Origin: Gemmatimonadota bacterium
GTDB lineage: Bacteria; Gemmatimonadota; Gemmatimonadetes; Gemmatimonadales; GWC2-71-9
DNA: 64,000 nucleotides
Direction: 5' to 3'
Assembly (NCBI GenBank): GCA_039588295.1
Contig: JBDHAB010000005.1
Location: 62,395 to 126,394 of the forward strand
Below the pieces are notes generated by a model, which saw only the letters and a list, made by a program, of their open reading frames with translations, did not search any database and was not told the origin of the DNA. Numbering within the stretch: the first letter of the stretch is position 1; the number at the start of each line of letters is the position of its first letter. The translations under genes and the position numbers were made by a program. Of the stretch, positions 50,187 to 59,711 are shown in pieces.

Positions 50187-51896
50187 CTACTGCGTGCTCA
50201 CGTTCGCCGTGTTGCGATTGTCGTGCCGGAACTTGGGCCACGGTGCCTTGGCGAGACCGTCCAGCCCCGTGTTGATCGGCCAGAGATAGCCGTAGCTAGC
50301 CCCCTTCGCACGCAGGCCGGCGTACAGCGTCCCGCCCGGCGCGAGGGCCGGCGGCCGCATGGGACCGCGTGGACTGCCCCACGACGGGTCGGACGGGTCC
50401 GTGAGCGGGTAGAACCACTGCCGGTTCCCGTCCGGGTCGAGGGCATAGAGTGTGTCGTGCGAGGCAACGAACACTGCCCCGCCCGTGCCGATCGTGGGTT
50501 GTCCCAGCGCGCTCACGACGGGCCGTCCCAGAACCCGGGACCAGCGCAGGGTCCCATCCGGGTTGAGCGCCGCAAGCGTTCCGGCCGAGCTGACGAGCAC
50601 CGTCCCATCGGTCGCGACCGCCGCGGACCGGTTGGGGATGCTGCCCGTGGGGTACGACCAGCGGAGCGTCCCGTCGGCGTCGAGCGCGTAGAGGTTGTAG
50701 TCCGAGGCGCCGACGTACACCGTACCGTCCGCCCCGACCGCCGGGGAGCCTGTACGCCCAGCCATGAGGTACGACCACCGAAGCGTGCCGTCCGGATGCA
50801 GCGCGTGGAGGGTCTCCCAGCAGCCAACGTAGACCGTTCCGTCCGCGCCGATGGCGGGAGCGCCGCGTGCGTAGTGGTCCAGGTCGTAGGACCACCGGAG
50901 CGTCCCGTCGGCGTTGATCGCGTCGAGTGTGTACCTCTGCTGGGCGTTGCTGAACGACGCCGCGTACACGGTCCCATCGGCACCGATGGCAATGTCGGAG
51001 TCGTACCGGCCCGACGCCGCCGCATGCGACCACTCGAGGGCACCGTCCGGACTCAGCGTGTAGAGGTTGTGGGCGCTGACGTACACGGCCCCCGCCGCGC
51101 CGACGGCGACGGACTCCACCCAGTACCCCGTGCTGAACGACCACCTGACGGTACCGTCCGGCCTGAGTGCGTAGACGTTGTCGTCGTACGCCGGGAGTCC
51201 GAAATACACCGTTCCGTCCGCGCCGACGGCCGGGGCCGTCGAGACGCGGGCGCCCGTCGCGAACGACCACCGCAGGAACGAGGCGGTCACGACCACGGGC
51301 CCCGTCTGCCCACCGCTCGAGGCCCGGATCGTCGCCGTGTCGCTGGCCAACGCGGTCGCCATCCCCGTGCCGCTGACCGTTACCGCCGGTTCGTTCGACG
51401 ACCACCAGGTGAACGTCGCGGAGCTGACGACGTTGCCCAGGCCGTCCCGGGCCGTCGCCACCAGTTGCACGTTGTCGCCGTAGAACCGCAGCGTATCTCG
51501 TGGGCTCGCGACGCCGATCGTGGCGACGGCCTGCTGGACCATGACCTCGGCGGTACCCGAGACGCCTCCGGCGGTCGCCCAGATCACGGCCGTGCCGTTG
51601 GCCACGGCGGTGACCAGGCCCGTTGCGGGATCGATTGCCGCGACCGCCGGATCCCCAGACGCCCAGACGAACTGGGTGCCCGGAATCGAGTCGCCCACCG
51701 CATCCCAAGCGACGGCCCTGAATCGGGTGGTGTCGGACAATGCCGAGAGGGTCCGGGCGGCAGGCACGACGTCGACGCTGACCACCTGGGCGGGACCAGA
51801 CGGCTCGCCACAGCCGATCGCGATACCCACGAGCACGGACGCGGCGGCTACCAGGTGCCCGATCGAACCAGGCTCGTGCTTAACGGTCTCCGTCAT
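50187..51896 (-). CDS. Lipoprotein with Ig-like (Big_2) domains and PQQ-like beta-propeller repeats
   Basis: Lipobox AIGC; W.S.DPAVA..TGLVTA; repeated PAVGADGTVY..LYAL.PDGTLRWSY. Confidence 0.85.
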   Translation of the reverse strand: MTETVKHEPGSIGHLVAAASVLVGIAIGCGEPSGPAQVVSVDVVPAARTLSALSDTTRFRAVAWDAVGDSIPGTQFVWASGDPAVAAIDPATGLVTAVANGTAVIWATAGGVSGTAEVMVQQAVATIGVASPRDTLRFYGDNVQLVATARDGLGNVVSSATFTWWSSNEPAVTVSGTGMATALASDTATIRASSGGQTGPVVVTASFLRWSFATGARVSTAPAVGADGTVYFGLPAYDDNVYALRPDGTVRWSFSTGYWVESVAVGAAGAVYVSAHNLYTLSPDGALEWSHAAASGRYDSDIAIGADGTVYAASFSNAQQRYTLDAINADGTLRWSYDLDHYARGAPAIGADGTVYVGCWETLHALHPDGTLRWSYLMAGRTGSPAVGADGTVYVGASDYNLYALDADGTLRWSYPTGSIPNRSAAVATDGTVLVSSAGTLAALNPDGTLRWSRVLGRPVVSALGQPTIGTGGAVFVASHDTLYALDPDGNRQWFYPLTDPSDPSWGSPRGPMRPPALAPGGTLYAGLRAKGASYGYLWPINTGLDGLAKAPWPKFRHDNRNTANVSTQ

Positions 51897-52026
51897 CGGC
51901 GTTTCCTCCCCTGCTCCCTCCGCGGAAACTCCCGTGTCCGTTCTTCGCAACGGGGCGCAGGGGCTGCACTAAGGTAGGGTTCTCGGTTGGACTCGGCCAC
52001 AACGCAACGGCGGACGTGCACAGCAA

Positions 52027-52051
52027 AAATACGAGTAACACTGTCAGGTTT
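52027..52051. promoter_or_regulatory. Putative Rrf2/IscR-type operator
   Basis: Reverse complement AAACCTGACAGTGTTACTCGTATTT, 19/25 identical to the 10146-10170 site by eye. Confidence 0.45.
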
Positions 52052-52064
52052 TCTGTTGAGACTT

Positions 52065-52178
52065 GTTGACACCCTCGCCCTACCGTCGCGCATCCCTCAA
52101 CGGAGGCCGCGATGGACCGTATCTGCCCGTTCTCCGGCGACGTGATGACCTGTTGGGCGCGAGGCCGCTACGTGCTAC
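52065..52178 (+). repeat. 114-bp inverted repeat, copy A, containing the start of a small ORF (52112-52210)
   Basis: Gap-free match to the reverse complement of 55105-55218. Confidence 0.85.
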
Positions 52179-52554
52179 GAACGAGTTCGGGTGCTGGTGC
52201 AGCCGATTAGGCAATGAGAGCGCACGGCAATCCGGCGATTGCCACATCGCAGGTAACCTCTACCCCAATCGGTGACTCGTTGTCTCCCCGCAGATGATAG
52301 CGAATATCGTCGGCCAGCAGGTGGTGGGGCGTTTTCGCAATCTCTGCTGCTAGCGCACCTTCGACTCGACGTCGGAGCCGCCGTTCACAGTCAATCGGCG
52401 CAACAAAGAGTTGGCGAAGCATCAAGCCTGCTTTGATGGCAGGAGCGAGTTCCTCGAAGCGTGAGAGGAACTTCGGTATCCGATCGCGTGTGCCCTTGCG
52501 CCATAGCCCCATCCATATTGGCTTCCACTTGTTCGCCTCGGGGATTCCCCCGGC

Positions 52555-52854
52555 ATGGCAGCCATTGGCGGTCATTCCCGGAAGGACCTGGAAACGCAGA
52601 TCAGGAGCGATGTACGTGAGGCTGCCGACTTGTTTGAGGATGCCCTGCGGTGCGCTCCGTCATGGGTGCTCAAACACAAGTTCACCGTCGTGGATCCCGA
52701 GTCCAAGGTCGGCAAGAAGGTGGAAAAGGAACTTCGCGAGATGCGCCAGCGGCTTCAGCCACGGAGGCACGAGGCGATCCTAGGTCCCGTAGGGCGCTTC
52801 TTGGGCAGACTGTTTGCTAAGCTGGCAACGTGGTTCGACCCAGCAGCCTGTTGA
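52555..52854 (+). CDS. Hypothetical protein, possibly 5'-truncated
   Basis: 99 aa ORF, no recognisable motif. Confidence 0.4.
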   Translation: MAAIGGHSRKDLETQIRSDVREAADLFEDALRCAPSWVLKHKFTVVDPESKVGKKVEKELREMRQRLQPRRHEAILGPVGRFLGRLFAKLATWFDPAAC

Positions 52855-52909
52855 CTGGCTCTTTGTGACCGCTATTGTGACCACGACCTTTGGAGTGCTC
52901 CGGAAGCGC

Positions 52910-52943
52910 GAAGCCCCGCCGACCTAAACGACGGCGGGGCTTT
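52910..52943. terminator. Hairpin 3' of the tRNA fragment
   Basis: AAGCCCCGCCG...CGGCGGGGCTT. Confidence 0.65.
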
Positions 52944-52955
52944 CCCTTGCCTCAA

Positions 52956-52998
52956 TGGAGCGGATGGGATTCGAACCCACGACCCCCGGCCTGCAAAG
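52956..52998 (-). pseudogene. tRNA-Ala(UGC) 3'-half fragment (att scar)
   Basis: CTTTGCAGGCCGGGGGTCGTGGGTTCGAATCCCATCCGCTCCA; 5' half absent. Confidence 0.75.
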
Positions 52999-53208
52999 AC
53001 AGATTTGACGCTCCATGAGAGTGGGTAGCCGTTGATTTCCTAGGGTTTCCGTGTATGGGCGTGCGTCGGCATGCGTGGGTGTTGTGACACCTATTGTGAC
53101 ACGCCGTACTGTGGAAGAGCGGCGGGACCGTGGCGCGGGCTGGCATCGGACTACTTGTCGGGTTGGGCACCGTGCGTGGCAGCGCATGCGTACTTCGATG
53201 CCCAGGGG

Positions 53209-53721
53209 CTAATTCGCCGCAGGCAGATCCTGCTTTTCCATCAAGGCGACACCCCAAGGCTTCATGAGCTCGACCGCACGTGGAGTCCCGTTGAACGGGT
53301 CTTGTGAAGCGGACCGATCGAGGTAGCCCAGAGCCTTCCCAGCCAGTTCCAGTGCCTTGCAGCTGGTGGCGTCTGGGCGGGCGTCGTGTTCCCTCCACCA
53401 CTGGGCCTGTTGCAGGCACTCGTCGACGAAGCCCTCAAGGCTCAGTGCGGCTGCTTCGGCTGCTGCCTCCTGCCGCGCCCTGATCGCGGCACCGACACCA
53501 ACATTGACCAACAGACGTGGCCCCTGGACGTTCGGATGTTTGTAGCCGGCCTTTGCTGCTGCCTTGGTGGCGTTGCCGCGCACCCCGTCGGGACCACCCG
53601 TGTAGTGATCGACAAAAGCTCGTTGCCTCGCGTTCAACGATCCCTGACCAGGCACTGTCCGTTGCCTCACAACTCGGTCGGACGTATGACACGCCATAGT
53701 CCAATATAGGGACCGAGGCAA
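53209..53721 (-). CDS. Phage terminase small subunit-like protein
   Basis: LNARQRAFVDHY...NATKAAAKAGY...GPRLL...KALELAGK. Confidence 0.75.
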   Translation of the reverse strand: MPRSLYWTMACHTSDRVVRQRTVPGQGSLNARQRAFVDHYTGGPDGVRGNATKAAAKAGYKHPNVQGPRLLVNVGVGAAIRARQEAAAEAAALSLEGFVDECLQQAQWWREHDARPDATSCKALELAGKALGYLDRSASQDPFNGTPRAVELMKPWGVALMEKQDLPAAN

Positions 53722-54065
53722 ACTGGCGGATGCACGCTTTGGTCTTGGCTTCTATCGTTTGCTAGGCATTTGTCACGACTCAATACTGGCAACCGACCGC
53801 TTTTGCTTGACGGTTTGCCTGTTAGCCACGGAAAACGCGGCATTTCTTGCTTGACGATGTCAAGGAAGGACGGCTTCCACTGTGCCTCTGCCGCGATGTA
53901 TGTCGGTGTTGGGCGCGAGGGCATGAGCCCCCAGGCGGGGTGCCCGCAAACGGAGGTACGGTCGGCCAAGAACGCGCGCCACTTACGGCTGCGTGTTTGC
54001 GCGAGGCGCGTGTTGGGGGCACGTTAGTCGCTTACCGTTGTTTACCACACTGGCAGGGTGACTCC

Positions 54066-55033
54066 GTGGTACGTACTCCGACCGTGCTAATACTCGGTGC
54101 TGGCGCAAGCCAGCCGTACGGATTCCCGATCGGTGAGGGCCTGCACGATGCGATATGTGGCCTAGAACGTGACTCTAGTACACCTTCGATCTTCTGCGCA
54201 TTGGGTCATGAACGTGACGAGGTAGATCGCTTCCTGCAGACGCTACGACATGCAGGCTACCGGTCTGTCGATCGCTTTCTTGAGTCCAATCCAGAGTGCA
54301 TGACAATTGGCAAGAAGGCGATCGCGACCATCTTGTTGGCGTGCGAAAAGCCCGAGAATCTCTTCCCGCCGAAGGCGACCGGCCCCAGTCACTGGTATCA
54401 GATACTGTCTGATGCACTTGATCCAGCAGGCGGCTCGTTCGCGTACAATGATCTTCGAATCATCACCTTCAACTATGACAGATCCATCGAGCATTACCTG
54501 TTCACCGTCCTGAAGAATCGCTTCGACCTTGACGAGGCAACTGCTCTTGCAGCCTTCCGCTGCATTCCAATAGTACATGTACACGGTTCTTTAGGTGCGT
54601 ACCCGCCAACTGAAGAAACTCGCCGTCCGTATGGCGGAGAGACAGACGCCGATAGCATCGAACGGGCGGCGACAGCATCTTCCTTGCTGGTGAGGGTGAC
54701 CCGACACATCCCCAGTTCGATGCCGTAGAGGAGGCTTTTGTCGGCGTGGGACGTGTCGTCTTCCTCGGATTCGGCTTCGATCCGGCAAATCTCTGCAAAC
54801 TGCGGGTCTTCCAAACACCGCCGGAAGGCGGTGGGTGGCCGCACATACACGCGACATCGCGCGGCATCGACCAGGGCCGGTGGCATTTCATCGCTACGGG
54901 ATTACTCCATGGAACGGTGTCAACACGACAAAACACCGAAACGATCGGTTCCTTCCTTCGTCGGAAATGTTTTCTCGATCACACGGTTGACCCTGCGTAT
55001 CTGAAACCTGCCTGGGGATCTCCGCGCGCCTGA
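54066..55033 (+). pseudogene. SIR2-like domain protein, frameshifted near 54670
   Basis: ILGAGAS.PYG.P.G, ITFNYD, HVHGSL, then in another frame VVFLGFGFD..N. Confidence 0.75.
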
Positions 55034-55104
55034 ACCCCGCCACGAACCCGCAAGCGCAGCGCCAACACTTCCCACCGCTCAGCACCCCCCACCGAAGCAC
55101 AGTT

Positions 55105-55218
55105 GTAGCCCGTAGCGGCCTCGCGCCCAGCACATCATTGCGTCGCCACAGAACGGACAGGCGCGGTCCATCGCGGCCTCCGGTGAGGGATCCGCGACGG
55201 TAGGGCGAGCGTGTCAAC
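55105..55218 (-). repeat. 114-bp inverted repeat, copy B, containing the start of a small ORF (55171-55079)
   Basis: See copy A; ORF MDRACPFCGDAMMCWARGRYGLQLCFGGGC. Confidence 0.85.
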
Positions 55219-55348
55219 GCAGCGTCAACGAGCGAGCCCTCGCGGACGGTGACGCCGAGAGCGTGGGACCTCTATCTCAACAGAGGCTCAACAGGCCCGT
55301 TTGCCGACGGCCGGGTCGAGAGAGGGCCCGGCGTCGCCACTTGAGGTG

Positions 55349-55738
55349 CTACTTCTTTCTCTCCTCCGGAGGAATGATCCGCCAGCGCAGAGCCATACAG
55401 TTGCCCTGTCGGGGGCTTTCAGTTCCCCAGAACCAGCTGTACTTGCCTTCAGTCATCGACTGGAACATTAGCCCGTTCGCTCCGATCTCGGCCGCCTTCT
55501 CCCGCGCCTTGCGAAAGAGATCTTCTTGATCCGTGAAGGTTTGGTCGCCCTTGAGGTAGATCATCGCGATCCGATCATAAGCGATGGAATCAGCCTGCAA
55601 CTCACTGACATCCATAAAGATGGTGACTGAGTCGGGTGGGATAGGCTCGAACCGCTGGGGGGTCAGGTGCTCCACGTTGGCTCTAACACAAGCCGTGCTC
55701 AGGAGAAGTGCGACAAACGGCCCAGCAAGGCGTGGCAT
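55349..55738 (-). CDS. Hypothetical lipoprotein
   Basis: Lipobox STAC; RBS GGAGG; REKAAEIGANG. Confidence 0.7.
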   Translation of the reverse strand: MPRLAGPFVALLLSTACVRANVEHLTPQRFEPIPPDSVTIFMDVSELQADSIAYDRIAMIYLKGDQTFTDQEDLFRKAREKAAEIGANGLMFQSMTEGKYSWFWGTESPRQGNCMALRWRIIPPEERKK

Positions 55739-55840
55739 GATTGCCGTCCTCCTTCGGCAGTGCCCAGCCTATCTTGCTTCATGTCGGAGCAGCGCGCAAG
55801 CGCGAACGGAAAGGGTCTTGATCGGGTTAACGGCTGCGTA

Positions 55841-55922
55841 GATATTCGCCTCACCGCTGCGAGTGAGCGTCGCGCCGCAGCGGGGAGGAAGGTTCGCGCT
55901 AGCGGTGGCGGTCACGTTCTAG
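55841..55922 (+). pseudogene. 3' remnant paralogous to the end of gene 62060-62608
   Basis: GTGAGCGTCG.GCCGCAGC.GGGAGGAAGGTTCGCGCTAG.GGTG.CG.TCA.GTTCTAG shared. Confidence 0.75.
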
Positions 55923-55943
55923 GTGTCAGTAGACCGAACTCGC

Positions 55944-55976
55944 AGCCCCGAGCCTCACGCGGCGTTCGGGGCTTTC
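55944..55976 (+). repeat. Conserved 3' hairpin element, copy 4
   Basis: AGCCCCGAGCCTCACGCGGCGTTCGGGGCTTTC. Confidence 0.9.
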
Positions 55977-56135
55977 GGTTGCGGAAACGACCATATCACT
56001 TCAATTGTCACGGTTCTGCAACTCTTGCGAATCCGTTGCACGAACCGCAACGTGGGCCGCACAACAAGAAGAGATTCTGTCTCGGCCCTTCTTGAAGATT
56101 GAGTGGTCGCTGCCGCTTAAGATCGGGAGGTCTCC

Positions 56136-56666
56136 ATGAGGATTCAATCCTGCAGAAGCTGCGTTCTCTCGCTCGCACTGCTCGTGATCTTGTCAGCGTG
56201 CTTCGCCCCTAGCGAGGACCAGGACCGCGTCGCCAACGAGCAGTTGATCCGAGGCGCTGTCGAGTTCTGGGCGTCCAAGGACACCGGGCAGCTCGGTGCC
56301 GTCTATGCCGAGGATGCTGTCCTCGAGGACGTCACCGAGGGAGCATCATATGAGGGACTCGACGCCATCAAGGGGAGCCTCGGTGATGACGTCACGTACG
56401 CTCCGGATGTGAAGGTCGAGATCGTGTCACTCTTTGTCTCCGCAGAGCGCGGCGCATTGGAGTGGCTGTGGTCAGGAACCCAGACGGGGGACATCCCGGG
56501 ATTGCTCCCCGCTACTGACAGGACGTTCTCCGTTCGCGGAGTGTCCGTGTTTGAGTTCGAAAACGGAACGATCAGGAAGCAGTCAGACTACTACGACGCA
56601 GCTCGATTCCTGAACCAACTCGGCGTCGAGATTCAGCTCCCTGAGATGCCGCCAGACGAAGGATGA
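56136..56666 (+). CDS. SnoaL/NTF2-like lipoprotein
   Basis: Lipobox LSAC; YAEDA, W.WSGT.TG, GVSVFEF..G.I....DYYD. Confidence 0.85.
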   Translation: MRIQSCRSCVLSLALLVILSACFAPSEDQDRVANEQLIRGAVEFWASKDTGQLGAVYAEDAVLEDVTEGASYEGLDAIKGSLGDDVTYAPDVKVEIVSLFVSAERGALEWLWSGTQTGDIPGLLPATDRTFSVRGVSVFEFENGTIRKQSDYYDAARFLNQLGVEIQLPEMPPDEG

Positions 56667-56710
56667 TGTGAGCTCAGAAGCCGGCCGATTGTAACAGGCA
56701 TTGTCACAAC

Positions 56711-56740
56711 GCCCCGAGCGTCACGCGGCGTTCGGGGCTT
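56711..56740 (+). repeat. Conserved 3' hairpin element, copy 5
   Basis: GCCCCGAGCGTCACGCGGCGTTCGGGGCTT. Confidence 0.9.
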
Positions 56741-56759
56741 GGGTTGCACCTACTTGCTT

Positions 56760-57070
56760 GGAGGATTGGGCGGGGCGACCTGAGCCGTCGACCGCCAGGG
56801 GTCCAGGTCCTTGGTGGCGGCGTCGGCGACGGAACCGGCTCGGCGTACACTGTCTGCTGCTGCTCGGTGCTGGCTCGCCGCCTGAAGCTACGGGTGCGTG
56901 ATGCCACCATAGTAGCGCTGGAGCCCTTGGCCCTTGTCGGGAATGTGGCTCACCACGCGCGCGAGGAACTCCAGGACGTACAGTGTCTCACTGCCCGCGG
57001 TGGGCCCCGTCCGCTTGTCCAAGTGGCGGGTGACCGTGGCGTTGTCTGACTGATACTCCAGGCGGCTCAC
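56760..57070 (-). mobile_element. IS91-family (Y2) transposase fragment, frameshifted
   Basis: RLEY...LEFLARVVSHIPDKGQ.LQRYYG, then ASRTR in another frame. Confidence 0.7.
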
Positions 57071-57085
57071 GGCACCTGCATGTTC

Positions 57086-59125
57086 TCATGCCCAATGGGT
57101 TTCTTCTTCTTCCGGTTCCGTCTCCGAATCGAGCGCGGCTAGGTGTTCCGGTGCGAAGAACCCTCCAGCTATGAGGCGAATCGGAACCAGTACGGCGATG
57201 AATAACGGAAACAGGAGTCCGAGCACGCTCGCCTTCACGATCCAAAGAACTGCCAAACACACAGATTGCAGAAGCGTGTACTTATGAATGGTCGACGGAG
57301 GAACCTGGCGTATGTAATGCGTTGCGGGGTAAAGCGAGGAATCCATGAACCAGAGTTTCAGACGATCGAAAAACTGGTTCCCCGCCAGGGATACCACTCC
57401 CATGTAGAGAAAAATGCCGTACAGCACGGCCATGGGAACAACTCTCAGTAACGGCAGCAATACCAACGACAGACCAATGAGCACATGTATGGCAAGCGGC
57501 GTGATCCGGTTTTCCCGAACGTGGACCACCCGTTCGCGCGTCTCGCCATTCTTAGACACCACCGCCTCGACAGTCGCCAAACTCCGTACATGATTTAGCG
57601 AACGGACCGTCGCCGCCACAAGCCAGGGCAAACCGACCAGCGAGCACGCGCCAATCAAAAGCCCCACGATGCCAAGGTCGAGGTGATAGGCTTCACCCTT
57701 CTGAAGCTTATGGTCGGGACTGTTGATCAACCGGGCGGTGATGTTCTGGTCGAGGAACACGAGTATGGCCAAGAGACCAGCAGGAACAACGGCCGCAAGG
57801 CGGACCCACATGGGCACATCGATTGGATTAATCAGCCAGGCTCGTCCACTTGTGGTGCCGAATGATTCCGGTGCCGGTAATACGTCTAGATACACTTCAT
57901 GTAGCAATACGGCCACAAGCGTCATTGCGGCCAACGCAATGAAGGGACCAAAGTCTGCCAGGAATTCGCGTATCCAGGGAAGTAAATATCGGCTGCGTCG
58001 GAATCGCGACAGACTCAGGGCTACATAAAAGGTCCCGAATGCCAGCAATACGGACAGCAGAGCGGTGTCATGATGTTGCTTGACGTCAAGGTCGGCAAAT
58101 ACATGCACCAGTGCTTTGATCGCCTCATAGATGAAGATGCTAGAGATCAGCGCAGCAAAGATTTCGTCCGTGAAGCGACTGAAATAGCGCATCAGGCAAC
58201 TCGCATCCGTGGCTGTGAGCACGAGCAGCAATAACGCCGTCCACAACCCTACCCAGGCATAAGTTGGGAGAAACGGAATCTGCAGGTCGATGCAGAGACG
58301 ATACAGAATGGCGGTAAACACCAGCAGCGGTCCGGTTCCACCCAAGATGATCAGCGGCTGCCCGGAGAAAAGGGCGTACACGATCCCGCAAACTGTTGTC
58401 GCGACGAGCATCTCGACGGCGCCAATCTGGTTGCCGGTGAGTTGCCCCATGATGCCGCCGAAGGTCACTGCCGGAGCCAGGCAGGCGAAGAAGAGAAAGA
58501 GCGTTGATGCCACGCACTTCGTGTGCAGGCCGTTGCGAAAGTCGCTGGCGTAATGTGGCAGTCGCCGGCGGATGTCAGCGATCCATCCGCCAAACAGCCG
58601 ACCGGTGTATGGCAACGGTTGCGGTCTTGGTTCTTTTTGGGCTCTCGGCGGTGGCCCGATGCGAGCGTTAAATCGGTCGAGCGCAGCGAGGAGATCAAGC
58701 TGAGTGCGCGCCACGCCAGCGTCGTAGCGGAATTCGCCGTCCGCCGTTAACCGAGCGATGTTTGCCAGCGTATCCAGGTGCTGGGCCTGTGCTCCGGTCG
58801 GTCCCAGCAGCATGAACACGAATCGCGTTGCCACTCCGTCCGGTGCACCCAGATTAGTCGGATGGGACAATCGCACGAAAAGGATGACCGGCTCGCTGAA
58901 CGCGTTTAGATAGGTATGCGGCACAGCCACGGCATTTCCTATGGCTGTCGACACTTGCTGCTCGCGTTCAACAAGCCCGGCCTCGACTTCATCTCGTCGC
59001 TCGGCCGGCAATACACCTCGCGCGACCACGAAATCCAACGCCCGATGTAAGATGGACGCCATGTCCCGCTCGTCGAGGTCCAAAAGAAACGACCCCTCAA
59101 TCAACGCTTTGCGCAGGCGCTCCAT
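57086..59125 (-). CDS. PTS EIIA-like domain fused to an SLC4/Band 3-type anion transporter
   Basis: REQQVSTAIGNAVAVPH; FACLAPAVTFGG, GQPLIILGGTGP, RFTDEIF, AYHLDL, GLPWLVAATVRS, ENR, GIFLYMG. Confidence 0.88.
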   Translation of the reverse strand: MERLRKALIEGSFLLDLDERDMASILHRALDFVVARGVLPAERRDEVEAGLVEREQQVSTAIGNAVAVPHTYLNAFSEPVILFVRLSHPTNLGAPDGVATRFVFMLLGPTGAQAQHLDTLANIARLTADGEFRYDAGVARTQLDLLAALDRFNARIGPPPRAQKEPRPQPLPYTGRLFGGWIADIRRRLPHYASDFRNGLHTKCVASTLFLFFACLAPAVTFGGIMGQLTGNQIGAVEMLVATTVCGIVYALFSGQPLIILGGTGPLLVFTAILYRLCIDLQIPFLPTYAWVGLWTALLLLVLTATDASCLMRYFSRFTDEIFAALISSIFIYEAIKALVHVFADLDVKQHHDTALLSVLLAFGTFYVALSLSRFRRSRYLLPWIREFLADFGPFIALAAMTLVAVLLHEVYLDVLPAPESFGTTSGRAWLINPIDVPMWVRLAAVVPAGLLAILVFLDQNITARLINSPDHKLQKGEAYHLDLGIVGLLIGACSLVGLPWLVAATVRSLNHVRSLATVEAVVSKNGETRERVVHVRENRITPLAIHVLIGLSLVLLPLLRVVPMAVLYGIFLYMGVVSLAGNQFFDRLKLWFMDSSLYPATHYIRQVPPSTIHKYTLLQSVCLAVLWIVKASVLGLLFPLFIAVLVPIRLIAGGFFAPEHLAALDSETEPEEEETHWA

Positions 59126-59528
59126 AGATCACCTTCGTCCATGGGACATTCCATGCCCACGGCGATCGCTCGTCCTTCGTTGTGCCCGAACACGATGCAG
59201 ATGACCTTGCCTGTTCGTCTGGAGTACGGGCATTTCAATTTGTGTTCGGTTGATTATGTCCGACACTTTCAAATGGATGCTCGTTATCCTTCGCCTTCCA
59301 CCTCACCGCGGTCCTCTCGCGTTCAAAGACTTCAGATAGCGGGAAGTTCCGTTCTGGAAGACGGAGCCAACGTGCTTCGATCGTCAGGTACTGTTCTCGA
59401 TCAGGTCGATAGGCGAAGACCTGTCCGGTCTCAAACCTATAGACCCAACCGTGAACGGTGATGTGATATCCCGGACCCCCTGAGACACATCGGTGACTAT
59501 TGTATTGTAGCCCTCAGTGCCTCGTAAG

Positions 59529-59677
59529 GGCGTTGGTGCACGGCTCCGGGTTTCGATGCATCATGGTGGTGAAGCCCCGATCTGGAGCCGCCACCGATGA
59601 AGTATCCGAAACGGAGTCAGTACCAGTACGCGAAATCGTCATACCGGATTCGCAATTGGCCTGAGTACGAGGCGGGC
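59529..59677 (+). mobile_element. IS5-family (IS903-like) left end with truncated transposase
   Basis: IR-like GGCGTTGGTGCA; ORF start MKYPKRSQYQYAKSSYRIRNWPEYEAG. Confidence 0.65.
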
Positions 59678-59711
59678 CCCGCTGGCCGCCTGCGGCGACT
59701 CGACCGCCCCG

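Noticed and set aside
50223..51977. 584-aa + strand and 470-aa alternate-frame ORFs
   Set aside because: Shadows of the Ig/beta-propeller gene.
52207..52575. 122-aa minus-strand ORF
   Set aside because: May be a truncated gene fragment, but it has no recognisable motif or clear start.
47598..52998. Two functional tRNA-Ala genes
   Set aside because: Both lack the 5' acceptor strand and D-arm.
55079..55081. TGA after ...GGGC in the micropeptide as Sec
   Set aside because: No known redox motif, and the paralogous copy does not conserve it.
59462..59487. Possible IS terminal repeat TGTGATATCCCGGACCCCCTGAGACA
   Set aside because: No partner repeat or matching transposase; too weak to call.
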